Below, one piece after another: positions 9,311-19,006 of a stretch of 64,000 nt of DNA (the stretch's first letter is position 1; every line of letters starts with the position of its first letter). Under the pieces are notes generated by a model. The model ran no database searches. It was not told the DNA's origin and worked only from the letters and a program-made list of their open reading frames with translations. This DNA is from Obrimoposthia wandeli. Lineage: Eukaryota. Where the stretch lies: assembly GCA_977020255.1 (NCBI GenBank), contig CDROCS010004085.1:186001-250000 (forward strand). Direction: 5' to 3'. The position numbers were made by a program, and so were the translations under genes.

Positions 9311-10498
9311 TTGAGGGTATTTTTTGACCTTTTAACCACTTTATTTGTACGTACCATAGCATTATTCAAAATGATTTGGTGTAACGACATGATGGATACA
9401 AAGTGGCTAGAACTCTATCAATACCTTCAGGAAAAAACTGGCGGATTTTTATATGAGGGTAATATCGAAGATAGCCTGAATTATAAATATAACTTTATTA
9501 AAAGTCAGTTTAGTACTGTAAATAGCAATGTGGATGAAAATAAGAATGACTGGTTAGAACATGAAGCATTCACCGCTTTTTTTAGCGATATTATTCGTCG
9601 TGGAAGTTTGTCGTTAAACCAGCTCGATACCACTTATAACATCTTAATGTCGGCTAAGTTATGTCAGCTTGCGCTGGCGGTTATTAATCATTTTCGAACT
9701 CAGTTATCTAATGATGAATTTAGTTTAAAGGCTGGACTTATCTATCAACAGTTAGGGGATCATGAACATGCCCGAGCAATGTTTGAAGATGGAATAAAGT
9801 CTAACCCTAATAATTACATGTGTTTTAACCACCTTGGTTTTAATCACATCTATACCGGTGAAAATGCGGCGGCAATCGAGATGTTTAAGCAGGTTATTGC
9901 GCTTGCACCTGAATTATCGGGCGGTTATCAAAATTTAGCGGGCTGTTATTACCAAGATAGTGAATTTAAACAAGCGGCTAACTATTGTGAAAAAGTGTTC
10001 ACTTTGGACAAAACGATTGTAGCGACTTACATCACTGCGATCAGTGCGTATTTAGCACTTAAAAATACAGAAGAAGCAGATCGCTGGATCCAACTATCAA
10101 TTGATAATGAAATTACATCCATGGAACTGGTTCGATTAAGTGGTATTTCAGCGCTTCAATGTCAACGCTATGAAGAAGCCACTGCCGCCTTCAACCATTA
10201 CCTCAGTAATACCCCTGACTCTTACGATGTGTTGCATTTAAGAATAAAAGCTCAAATTGGTGCCCATCAGTGGAGCGTATTAGAGCCCGATTTGAAATGC
10301 CTATTGGTGTTTGATCCACATGACAGCGAGCTACTTGAGCAGCTTTTTCTTACCTATTACCACACCAAACAGTGGTTAGATGCTGAATGTGTAATGGCTG
10401 AGCTTAACAAACTATCAACGCACTATAGCAGTACTTATCGCGACCAAATAAATGAGATCAGACAGCAAAATAGTATTGCTGTAAGTGTAATTAGCTAG
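9311..10498 (+). CDS. Tetratricopeptide-repeat protein (start uncertain; ATG at 9371, 9389 or 9392 possible)
   Basis: Repeated TPR-like helices (AGLIYQQLG...A...F; LGFNHIYTG...A...F; LAGCYYQ...A...C). Ends 15 nt before rdhA. Confidence 0.8.
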   Translation: MRVFFDLLTTLFVRTIALFKMIWCNDMMDTKWLELYQYLQEKTGGFLYEGNIEDSLNYKYNFIKSQFSTVNSNVDENKNDWLEHEAFTAFFSDIIRRGSLSLNQLDTTYNILMSAKLCQLALAVINHFRTQLSNDEFSLKAGLIYQQLGDHEHARAMFEDGIKSNPNNYMCFNHLGFNHIYTGENAAAIEMFKQVIALAPELSGGYQNLAGCYYQDSEFKQAANYCEKVFTLDKTIVATYITAISAYLALKNTEEADRWIQLSIDNEITSMELVRLSGISALQCQRYEEATAAFNHYLSNTPDSYDVLHLRIKAQIGAHQWSVLEPDLKCLLVFDPHDSELLEQLFLTYYHTKQWLDAECVMAELNKLSTHYSSTYRDQINEIRQQNSIAVSVIS

Positions 10499-10513
10499 TA
10501 TTGGGGAGCAACA

Positions 10514-12034
10514 GTGAAATCTAAAAATAGCACAATAGAAGGTGCAGATAACCCTTCGCGCCGTAATTTTCTAAAGATGGGAGGTGTAGCCGCTGCAGCG
10601 GTTACTGTTGGTGCATCGGCAGGCGCTGGTTTTGCTCTTGGCCGCGATCCCGATGCCAATGTGGGGTATGGCCGAACGGAAGCGGGTAAAGACATGTTCT
10701 TTAATCGTGAACCTTTCCGGGTTGATAGCGCGCCAACGTTAGAAGTGGCAGGCAAACTGGTACGTCCTGAGTGGAGTGATTTCTTATTTCACCGTACTGG
10801 CGTGCTTTCAACATTAATGAAAGGTGGCTGGATCCCCACGCCCGATTGGAAAGCCATTCCGGATGCACGAATAAGAGAGTATTACTCGCGCTATCCAGAA
10901 CGTTGGGATGACATGTACCAATCCTTTAGTGAAAAAGTGAAGCATGATCAAAATGTCGAAAAGCACCGTGATCAATTTGCCCTTGGTTGGGCCCATTCGG
11001 CTGCCTTTATGCGTGGGCTGTACAGTAATTTCCCACCAAAGCCAAACGGTCATCCAGATGAAGTGGATTTTCAATGGGTAAAAAGGGAACAGCAGGAATT
11101 TAAATCGCCCCAACATGCCTCTGATTTGATCAAAAAAATGGCGTTTAAATTTGGTATGAGCATTGTCGGGATCACTAAAATGGATCCCAATTTTGTGTTT
11201 AAAAATACCATGCGCGGAATGCCTGAGTGGGATGAGTCGATTCCCAAGCACTGGAAAAATGTCATTGTTTTTGGTACGCCGATGAACTGGGATCCAATGT
11301 ATGCGGCGATTGGCTATTCTACCTCGTATGATGGTTATTTTAGAGCCAAAAATGCAGCTGGTTTGATGGCCGCTTATTTAGGTGAGCTTGGCTATGCTGC
11401 GCGACCTCAATGGCCAGGTTCTGATTACGAGATCATTGTGCCACCACTTGCTATTCAAGCGGGTATGGGGGAAGCAGCGCGCAACGGTATTTTACTAACG
11501 CCAGAGCTGGGGCCAAATATTCGATTAGCGGCGGTGATCACCGATCTTGATCTTGAAGCCGATAAACCTATCAATACTAAAGTACAGCACTTTTGTGAAG
11601 AGTGTAAGATTTGCGCTGATTCGTGCCCAAGTGGATCGATTAGCCATGCCGATAAACCAGATGCAGTGGTTCGTGGTTATCGTAAGTTTGCCTTTAACCA
11701 AGATGGCTGTTGGAAGCTATGGCGCCAAGGGCCAACTGAAACGGGGATGGGCTGTCGTGTGTGTATTGCAGTTTGTCCTTATACCCGTAAAAACAACTGG
11801 ATACACGCGTTGGTGAAAGAAGCGGATCCGCGAGACCCTACCGGCGCTACACGTAAAGCGCTGCTAGCGATGCAGCATAACTTCTTTTATTACCCCGATG
11901 CAGAAGCGTTTCACGGTGATTGGAATGGCGGGCGATTTGCTGGCTATCACCAGCCACCAGAATGGTTACGTAGTGAAAATTATTTGAAAGTCACCAAAAC
12001 TTGGGAATATGACGGAAACTGGGAGGGATTTTAA
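10514..12034 (+). CDS. rdhA: Reductive dehalogenase catalytic subunit (Tat-exported, corrinoid/2x[4Fe-4S])
   Basis: Tat motif SRRNFLK; GMGEAARNG...PELGPNIRLAAVITDL...DKP; Fe-S motifs CEECKICADSCP and C-X14-CRVCIAVCP. GTG start with GGGGAG RBS. Confidence 0.9.
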   Translation: MKSKNSTIEGADNPSRRNFLKMGGVAAAAVTVGASAGAGFALGRDPDANVGYGRTEAGKDMFFNREPFRVDSAPTLEVAGKLVRPEWSDFLFHRTGVLSTLMKGGWIPTPDWKAIPDARIREYYSRYPERWDDMYQSFSEKVKHDQNVEKHRDQFALGWAHSAAFMRGLYSNFPPKPNGHPDEVDFQWVKREQQEFKSPQHASDLIKKMAFKFGMSIVGITKMDPNFVFKNTMRGMPEWDESIPKHWKNVIVFGTPMNWDPMYAAIGYSTSYDGYFRAKNAAGLMAAYLGELGYAARPQWPGSDYEIIVPPLAIQAGMGEAARNGILLTPELGPNIRLAAVITDLDLEADKPINTKVQHFCEECKICADSCPSGSISHADKPDAVVRGYRKFAFNQDGCWKLWRQGPTETGMGCRVCIAVCPYTRKNNWIHALVKEADPRDPTGATRKALLAMQHNFFYYPDAEAFHGDWNGGRFAGYHQPPEWLRSENYLKVTKTWEYDGNWEGF

Positions 12035-12360
12035 TGTTTCCACAATCAACGGTATTAGACCCGCTATTTTGGATGGGATTAGGCGCACTGCAAATATTAG
12101 TGTTTGCTGGTGCAAATCAATGGGCTAAAGAATATCAGCTGGGAATGAAGGGTTGGAAATGGTGCTTAGTCGGTGGTTGGTGGTTCTCGATGATGTTGAC
12201 CATTGCTGGTGCATTTACCTTATTGGGTGAGAACGAAGGCTTAGCTGGCTGGTATTTACTCGGTTTTGCGGGAACGCTGCTAATCATTGCTGGTGCATTG
12301 TTATTACGGCTTTTGATTGCAATGAAACCGAAGGATATAAGCATTAACATTAGTGAATAA
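12034..12360 (+). CDS. rdhB: RdhB-like membrane anchor
   Basis: 108 aa, three hydrophobic segments, Trp-rich WKW/WWF. TAATG overlap with rdhA. Confidence 0.8.
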   Translation: MFPQSTVLDPLFWMGLGALQILVFAGANQWAKEYQLGMKGWKWCLVGGWWFSMMLTIAGAFTLLGENEGLAGWYLLGFAGTLLIIAGALLLRLLIAMKPKDISINISE

Positions 12361-12400
12361 GGTATATCCCCGTATTGTCATAATACGGGGATAATAAAAT

Positions 12401-13645
12401 ATGATGAAAAAAACGTCTTCGAAATCAAAATCAAAAGTATTTGATAAGTTTATTAGTGTACTTTCAATCTTACTGTTTGCCGTCTTTTGGTATTTAGGGG
12501 GGGATCGGAGTCAACATAATCAACAGGCTCAATTATCCTATTTAACCCTTCAATCGGAGCAACTTGAACCAGCAGGATCTAATACCTTCCAAGGTGTGGT
12601 GCGAAGTGATAATGAAAGTAACGTAGTTGAATGGATAAGTGTTGGAAGCGGTATTGGCTATGGCGGCGAGATGGTCGCTGGCATTAATATTTCACCAACG
12701 GGCACATTACAAGCACTGGCAATTATTGATTCAAAAGAGACTTCAACCTATTTAGACAAAGTCATGCAGAGTGGGGTCGCTGACCATATTTTAGGTCAAC
12801 CTATTGATACCACCGTCACGTTTGATAGCGTGACGGGCGCGACCTTAACTTCAACGGCCTTGATGGATGCGGTTGAGCATGCTGCAAAGCCTGTTCGTAA
12901 GCAAATCTACGGCTATACCTTGTCTGAGTCGAAAAGTATTTTTTCTTCGCTGCAGTGGTTAGACTTAGCCGCATTCGTCTTTTTTGGTGTCGCGGTGTGG
13001 GCGAGCAGAACCCGAAATAAAAAGAAAGTGATGATCAATTGGGTCGTGCTTATTATCTCAATGGGGGTATTCGGTTTTTATTCAGCAACGCTATATACCG
13101 CATCCACGATGAGTATGGTGATTTCTGGTGCTTGGCTATATGGTCTCGCGAATTACACGCCTTTAATCTTGATCCTATTAAGCATCGTATACATATTGTA
13201 TTACAACCGAAATGTCTATTGTCAGAATATCTGTCCTTTCGGTGCGGTGCAGCAATGCCTAGCGAAGGTCGGTAATGCAAAATCCTCCACTATCAAAAAC
13301 GAATTTTTGTTGTGGTTCCCTCGCGTATTATTACTGACTACATTGTGCCTTGGCGCATACTTCCGTAATCCGGTCGCATTTTCTTACGAGCCGTTTGGTA
13401 TTATGTTTGGCATGATTGGGACGATGTACCTTTTTGTTCTGACAATCGTTATTTTATTAACATCATTGGTGGTTCGTCGACCGTGGTGTCAGACGTTATG
13501 CCCAATTAATGCGATGACTGACTTTTTGACGTTCAATAAATCATGGTTTAAACAGGTACAAAAAAAACGAGCAAAACAACACCGTCAACAACGAAAGCAA
13601 ACTGAAGATGGTCAATGCCAGAGCAAGACTGGAGGACGTGAGTGA
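12401..13645 (+). CDS. rdhC: RdhC-like (NosR/NirI-related) FMN-binding membrane protein
   Basis: N-terminal TM, flavinylation motif DSVTGATLTS, multi-TM domain, two CX3CP motifs (CQNICP, CQTLCP). Confidence 0.82.
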   Translation: MMKKTSSKSKSKVFDKFISVLSILLFAVFWYLGGDRSQHNQQAQLSYLTLQSEQLEPAGSNTFQGVVRSDNESNVVEWISVGSGIGYGGEMVAGINISPTGTLQALAIIDSKETSTYLDKVMQSGVADHILGQPIDTTVTFDSVTGATLTSTALMDAVEHAAKPVRKQIYGYTLSESKSIFSSLQWLDLAAFVFFGVAVWASRTRNKKKVMINWVVLIISMGVFGFYSATLYTASTMSMVISGAWLYGLANYTPLILILLSIVYILYYNRNVYCQNICPFGAVQQCLAKVGNAKSSTIKNEFLLWFPRVLLLTTLCLGAYFRNPVAFSYEPFGIMFGMIGTMYLFVLTIVILLTSLVVRRPWCQTLCPINAMTDFLTFNKSWFKQVQKKRAKQHRQQRKQTEDGQCQSKTGGRE

Positions 13646-13854
13646 TGAGAAAAACGCTAGTTTATGTTTTTTACTGCGTTTCAACGGTATTGATTCTTGC
13701 CCACTTGTGGGGAAGTGTTGTGACACAACGTACCCTTGCTAAGCAAAATAAGCCGCTGTACATCTTCAGTATTGAGGTAGAAGCAACCATCGAACCTGAT
13801 ATCGAGATTGATTACCAAAAAGTCGCAACAGAGTTATCAGAGCTGAACTATTAA
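13645..13854 (+). CDS. Small single-TM hypothetical protein
   Basis: GGAGGA RBS, TGATG coupling to rdhC, N-terminal hydrophobic helix, acidic tail. Confidence 0.65.
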   Translation: MRKTLVYVFYCVSTVLILAHLWGSVVTQRTLAKQNKPLYIFSIEVEATIEPDIEIDYQKVATELSELNY

Positions 13855-13882
13855 GTTATTGATGACATTAGGAAGGATACCT

Positions 13883-13907
13883 AAGAGGCATGGGTTGCCT
13901 CTTTTTT
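13883..13907 (+). terminator. Intrinsic terminator closing the rdh operon
   Basis: aagaggca-tgggt-tgcctctt followed by a T run. Confidence 0.75.
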
Positions 13908-13913
13908 ATTAGG

Positions 13914-14804
13914 ATGATCGTGATAAATAAAGATATTCCCGCAGTATTGCTCAACGATGTGAGTGTTAATTTAGAGCTTTCTTTTAACACTATCGCGACG
14001 TTCTACCAGCAACGAGATCAGCTCTATATCGGTAAACCACACCGTTTACGGTTTAGCGCCTTGGTTTATATAACTCAGGGGGAGGGCTATCATTTTATTG
14101 ATTACAAAAGGTATCAATTAAAGCCAGGTACACTGCTCACTTTGGGTAAGCATCAAGTCCATCATTTTTCTGAACATTGCAGCGTAGAAGGCTACGTCAT
14201 TTCTTTTAGTAATGAGTTTTTACACTCGGGAGGCGACGATCCCTACCAAGAAGTAATGGCAACTGCGGTTGAAGAAGTTAATTGTATTACTGAAACAGCA
14301 GATAACCTCGGTGGTTTATTTGACCAGATTTCTCAAGAGTACCACCGTGAAGGTAGTAGCTATAAAGATGAAATTATTCGAAATTTAATGCGTGCTCTTA
14401 TGCTAAAAGAAATTGTACCTAACTATCAAGCGTTGTGTAATAACACCAGTTTGTGTCAAAAGGATATTAATTATCACGCATTAAAAAAGTATATCGAAAA
14501 AGTCTTTAGTCAACGTCCTTCCGTCGGGGGGTTGGCAAAAACAATGGGTAAAAGTATCAAACAGCTTGATAAAATTGCGAAAGATTATTCAGGTCGCAGT
14601 GTTAAAGAGTTAATTGATGACAGAGTCTTGCTTGAGGCAAAACGCTTGTTGGCCTTTAGCCAGCATTCAATACTGGATATCTCGCTGCAGCTCGGATTTA
14701 AAGAGGCAACGAATATGACCAAATTTTTCAGACGCCATACCAGTTTGACGCCGAAAGATTTTAGAGATCTCTGTCGAACCAATGTTGCAAAAAGGGTTGG
14801 CTAA
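13914..14804 (+). CDS. AraC-family transcriptional regulator
   Basis: N-terminal cupin-like sensor (PHRLRF...GEGYHFID) and C-terminal double HTH (LEAKRLL...ISLQLGFKEATNMTKFFRR). Start adjusted to ATG 13914. Confidence 0.9.
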   Translation: MIVINKDIPAVLLNDVSVNLELSFNTIATFYQQRDQLYIGKPHRLRFSALVYITQGEGYHFIDYKRYQLKPGTLLTLGKHQVHHFSEHCSVEGYVISFSNEFLHSGGDDPYQEVMATAVEEVNCITETADNLGGLFDQISQEYHREGSSYKDEIIRNLMRALMLKEIVPNYQALCNNTSLCQKDINYHALKKYIEKVFSQRPSVGGLAKTMGKSIKQLDKIAKDYSGRSVKELIDDRVLLEAKRLLAFSQHSILDISLQLGFKEATNMTKFFRRHTSLTPKDFRDLCRTNVAKRVG

Positions 14805-14930
14805 CCAGTAGCATCGCTGAAAATCAATAATGGTCTCTTTTGTTATTCTTAGTTGGTGATGATGAGCCTGCATGCAATTGTTATCTTAATAATTTGAAGC
14901 ATCCACAATGAGGCTCATAGCTCCATCTCA

Positions 14931-16118
14931 TTAGTTAAAAGCACGTACCAAGCTACCGTGGCCGTAATAGTGGTAGTTGCCAGATATCTCTTCAATAAAG
15001 ACTGATTCTCCCGTTGTTAATACTAGTGTAGTGTCATGTGTGTATACCGTGATCTCACCTTGTAAGCAGAACAAGATTTCGGCACTGCGCACGTATTCCA
15101 CTTGTTGTTCATCCACAGCGGTTAGTACTTCAAATTTAAAGTCATCAACGGGTACAGAGTAGGTCAGCTTGTTGCCGCGAAGAAGCGGCGTTGTTTTGAG
15201 TGCAGAGTAAGGAATGGGTTCAAAGCGTGTATTTCGAATCAACTCATCGACGTCTACATGTTTTGGGGTTAAGCCAACACGTAGTACGTTATCTGAATTG
15301 GCCATGATTTCGATACCTGTGCCTTTCACGTAGGCATGTGGCGTTTCGGCGTGTAAGAACATGGCTTCGCCTGCTTGCAGTTCAATAATATTCAACAATA
15401 GCGGAGCAAACAAACCAACATCTTCGGGGTAATCATGGGCAAATTCTTGAATCATAGAAAATGCTTCACGTCCTGTTTGGCTACATCCTTTTTGTGCAAT
15501 GTTATCCATTAACTGTTTTATAGCTGTGGTTTTCTGTTCACCGTACAATGACACGACAAAGCGAAAGAATTCCGACAATTCGATAGGAGTAGGGTTTGCT
15601 TTCAAGCGCGCTAGTTCCTGGTTGAATATGTTGCATTGTGCCTGCTCGAACAGTGTCACTATATCGCTGATTACACGAAAACCATTTAATGCTAAGTAAT
15701 TAGTGATGGCATACACTAATTCCGGCTTGTGGTTCGCATCTTTGTAATTACGCTCTGGGGCATCTAATGGGATGCCTTCGGCATTTTCGCGAGCAAACCC
15801 TTGCTCTGCTCTTCTTTTTTCAGGATGCACTTGAATTGATAATGGTTTTTCTGCAGATAGTACTTTTAGAAGATATGGCAGTTCACCAAACTTGTCATAA
15901 GTATAACGACCAATGATTTTCTCAGGTTCTGCCTCAATTAAGTCTGATAACAATTGGCTGTCCCCGTTATTTACCACTCGCGAACAGCCGTTAGGGTGTG
16001 CACCCATCCACATTTCAGCGAGAGGTTGCTGGCTAGGATTATTGATCCCAAACAAGGTGCTCATTGCCGTTGTGCTGCCCCACGCGTAATTTTGAATCAC
16101 ATTGCCCAGTTTAAACAT
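14931..16118 (-). CDS. manA: Mannose-6-phosphate isomerase, type I
   Basis: QNYAWGS, AEMWMGAHP, LSIQVHP, NHKPE, HAY, EIMANSDNVLR motifs. Confidence 0.96.
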   Translation of the reverse strand: MFKLGNVIQNYAWGSTTAMSTLFGINNPSQQPLAEMWMGAHPNGCSRVVNNGDSQLLSDLIEAEPEKIIGRYTYDKFGELPYLLKVLSAEKPLSIQVHPEKRRAEQGFARENAEGIPLDAPERNYKDANHKPELVYAITNYLALNGFRVISDIVTLFEQAQCNIFNQELARLKANPTPIELSEFFRFVVSLYGEQKTTAIKQLMDNIAQKGCSQTGREAFSMIQEFAHDYPEDVGLFAPLLLNIIELQAGEAMFLHAETPHAYVKGTGIEIMANSDNVLRVGLTPKHVDVDELIRNTRFEPIPYSALKTTPLLRGNKLTYSVPVDDFKFEVLTAVDEQQVEYVRSAEILFCLQGEITVYTHDTTLVLTTGESVFIEEISGNYHYYGHGSLVRAFN

Positions 16119-16259
16119 TTACATCTACCTATTTGACACTATTTTTTGGGTAAAAAATTGCCGAGCCTAAGCCCGGCAGAAATCGGAAATCGTATTTACT
16201 TTGAAAATATGGTTATACGTTATGGTCATACGTCATTGTTATACTGCTATTACTTTGGG

Positions 16260-18899
16260 CTAGAAGCGCACGCGGAATGTCTTAGCCTGACATTGCCCCA
16301 GTTCGCCAAATTGACTATTTACTGGTGCAGAGTCAGCTAGAACAACTTCATCCATTTGTGTTTCGACCCACTCTGTGACTGCGCGGTTAAAACGCACACT
16401 ATCAATTACAGCTTCACTTTCTGATGGGTTGTATACACGTAGAATCAACGCGTCTTCATCTTCTGCCTTTTTCAACACACTTAGCACAGCGCCATGCATA
16501 TCTTTTTCAAGCAGCGAATACGTCATTGGCAAATCTTGCTCGCCCACGTTCAATTTCATAGCGTTGTATGGAATTTTGTTGTAACAGTGAATTGGCGTTA
16601 CATAGTCACGAGCATTTTGCATCACGTTTGCCGTAATGTGGTCACCTTTAAATCCAAACAAACCGAAGCGACATACTAGCTTGCCACGCATTTGCGAATC
16701 TGGTGTAGGTACCTTGATGCCTGACGGACGACCCGGACGTAACAATAATTCTTCTTTGCCTAATACACCGATTGAACGGAATAGTGTTAAAGCAATAGTA
16801 TCTTTTTCGTCATTACCTTTCGATGAAATGATTTCAAACTCACGCAGACCATTGGTGAATACAGCCATGCCTTGCTTGCCATCTTCCAACGCAGCAAAGT
16901 TCATCAATTGCCATACAGGGACTGGTGCTTCTTTCCAGCCATCTTTTTCCCAATTTTCCATCTCTGCATCGTTCACTGAACGGGTGATCACACCGAATTG
17001 GTTATCAGACAAGCAAGTTTCAGACACATAAGGTGTAGGGATCAGCACGCGTACACGGTGGTCATCAGCTTGGTTATCTAGCACCATTTCTATGTCAATA
17101 CGGTGACTGCCAGTTTTTAACGTTACGCGACATTCCACGTCTATATGGGCGTCTTGTAATTTGGCTTCGCGTGCAGCTAGGTTTTCAGGTAATGCCATGC
17201 GATAGCGAATGGTTGCCGTGCTTTGGAAAGCGTCATGCTGAATGCTAATGTCGTTTTTAACGTCGGTTGAATACAACAACCACTCTTGACGTGATGGTGA
17301 GTAATCATACTCATCACCGTCATCTGAACCTTCTTCCACTTTTAGTACTTGGTCGTATGTTTTCTGTGCGGCTTTGTCGAAAATTGACAAGGTGCCGTTA
17401 GCGTTTACGGTCACAGTGTAGAATTCATTTTCTAAATCTGCGTCTCTATGTTCAACCGTAGCTAATTTTCCAGTTTCTTTTCCTTCAATATGTAAAGTGG
17501 TGAACCCCATTGCTGGTATGGTCGGTTTTAATTGGATATCAAATTCCATGAACGGGTCGTAGTTACCGTAGTGTACGATTTGACGATCAACTTGACCTGG
17601 GTCGATTTCACGCTTGTCTTGGATGAAGTATTCGACGTTATTACCGTGTTCATCGGTAATTGCAAATTCTTGAGCACGAATACGAATTGTAGTATTCACT
17701 ACTTCTTCGCGGGCATACGGTGCCAAATTGAAGAATGCTAACTTGTCGCAGCCTTCTTTGGCTGGCATGTGATCGACAATTTTACGTTTGTAGAAGTTGA
17801 TCAGGTTTTCAGCCATGTCATCAGCCAAGGTATAACGGTTTAAAATTTCCGCATGTACCTTATCGCTACAACAACAACCGATACTGTCGTGAGCATGGTT
17901 TTTCATGCTTTCTTTCCACATTTTCTCGATCAAACCATGGTGATATTCAAAACCAAACGACCATGCAATTGCAGCCAACGGTTCTAGAACATTCACAATC
18001 TTGTTTTCAATTTCAGCGTGGATTAGTTTAATGTCCATACGCGTTGATGAAATGGTACGGTGCACACGCATGTACTTACCGTCGTTGAATTCACCTTTCA
18101 CCACATCCAGTTGATCACGTACTGCTTCAATACGCTCGAACACATCTTCATAACGGCTCATGTGGAATTCACGGTCAGGGTAGACTTCGCGCAGTTTATC
18201 CATGACTTCAAAAATATCTTGTTGAATCGGCATCTGGTCGTGACCGTTAGGCAACAAAATATCTTTAGTGACAGATGGCTTTTCTAATACAGGAAAATAT
18301 TTATCTAGACGTGCGCGTAGGCCGGCTTCGTCTTGTGGTAGGTATTTACCAATGGCATAGCCTAGCGGCAATACTTGTGCGGTTACTTCACTGCCGTCGT
18401 TGCTCTGCCATAAAAATTCTGTTTTGTTCGTGCCATGACGCTCAGAACAACCACGCCAGAACATGGCACGATTGATACCAAAACCGTTATAAATCATCGG
18501 TAGCTGTGAGCTCATAGAGAATGAATCTGGTAAGTAACCGATCTTCATTGGCTCACCAAATTTTAAACAATCACGAATACCATACATCATGTTACGTACG
18601 ATGGACTCACCAGAAACCTGCATGGTATCGGTTTGTGAATACCATGGACCAATTATCAACTTGCCTGCTTGAACTAATTCACGTACACGCGATTCATGTT
18701 CAGGTTTAATTGCGAAATAATCTTCCAGTACGGCCGTTTGACCATCAAGTACATAGAATTTGTATTCTGGGTCTGACTCCAGACGAGTCATGATTTCTTC
18801 CATGTTATTGACGAGCAGAATTCGCGATTCTTCCGTGGTGAAATACCATTCACGATCCCAGTGCATGTGTGGAGTAATATGAACGCGAGATGTAGCCAT
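16260..18899 (-). CDS. mngB: GH38 alpha-mannosidase / mannosylglycerate(-6-P) hydrolase
   Basis: [35 protein letters not shown]38 motifs. Context with the PTS and GntR genes. Confidence 0.92.
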   Translation of the reverse strand: MATSRVHITPHMHWDREWYFTTEESRILLVNNMEEIMTRLESDPEYKFYVLDGQTAVLEDYFAIKPEHESRVRELVQAGKLIIGPWYSQTDTMQVSGESIVRNMMYGIRDCLKFGEPMKIGYLPDSFSMSSQLPMIYNGFGINRAMFWRGCSERHGTNKTEFLWQSNDGSEVTAQVLPLGYAIGKYLPQDEAGLRARLDKYFPVLEKPSVTKDILLPNGHDQMPIQQDIFEVMDKLREVYPDREFHMSRYEDVFERIEAVRDQLDVVKGEFNDGKYMRVHRTISSTRMDIKLIHAEIENKIVNVLEPLAAIAWSFGFEYHHGLIEKMWKESMKNHAHDSIGCCCSDKVHAEILNRYTLADDMAENLINFYKRKIVDHMPAKEGCDKLAFFNLAPYAREEVVNTTIRIRAQEFAITDEHGNNVEYFIQDKREIDPGQVDRQIVHYGNYDPFMEFDIQLKPTIPAMGFTTLHIEGKETGKLATVEHRDADLENEFYTVTVNANGTLSIFDKAAQKTYDQVLKVEEGSDDGDEYDYSPSRQEWLLYSTDVKNDISIQHDAFQSTATIRYRMALPENLAAREAKLQDAHIDVECRVTLKTGSHRIDIEMVLDNQADDHRVRVLIPTPYVSETCLSDNQFGVITRSVNDAEMENWEKDGWKEAPVPVWQLMNFAALEDGKQGMAVFTNGLREFEIISSKGNDEKDTIALTLFRSIGVLGKEELLLRPGRPSGIKVPTPDSQMRGKLVCRFGLFGFKGDHITANVMQNARDYVTPIHCYNKIPYNAMKLNVGEQDLPMTYSLLEKDMHGAVLSVLKKAEDEDALILRVYNPSESEAVIDSVRFNRAVTEWVETQMDEVVLADSAPVNSQFGELGQCQAKTFRVRF

Positions 18900-19006
18900 A
18901 ATAATGTACCTGATTAATTGTCTTACTTTGTCGAGCGCAGTAACCCCGCACTCGACAAATTGAGAGTGTCAGCAATGAAGTGACGTAAAGTTAAATTTGT
19001 TTGAAA

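Noticed and set aside
10514-12034. Epoxyqueuosine reductase QueG
   Set aside because: QueG is cytoplasmic. The Tat leader and the coupled rdhB/rdhC genes argue for RdhA.
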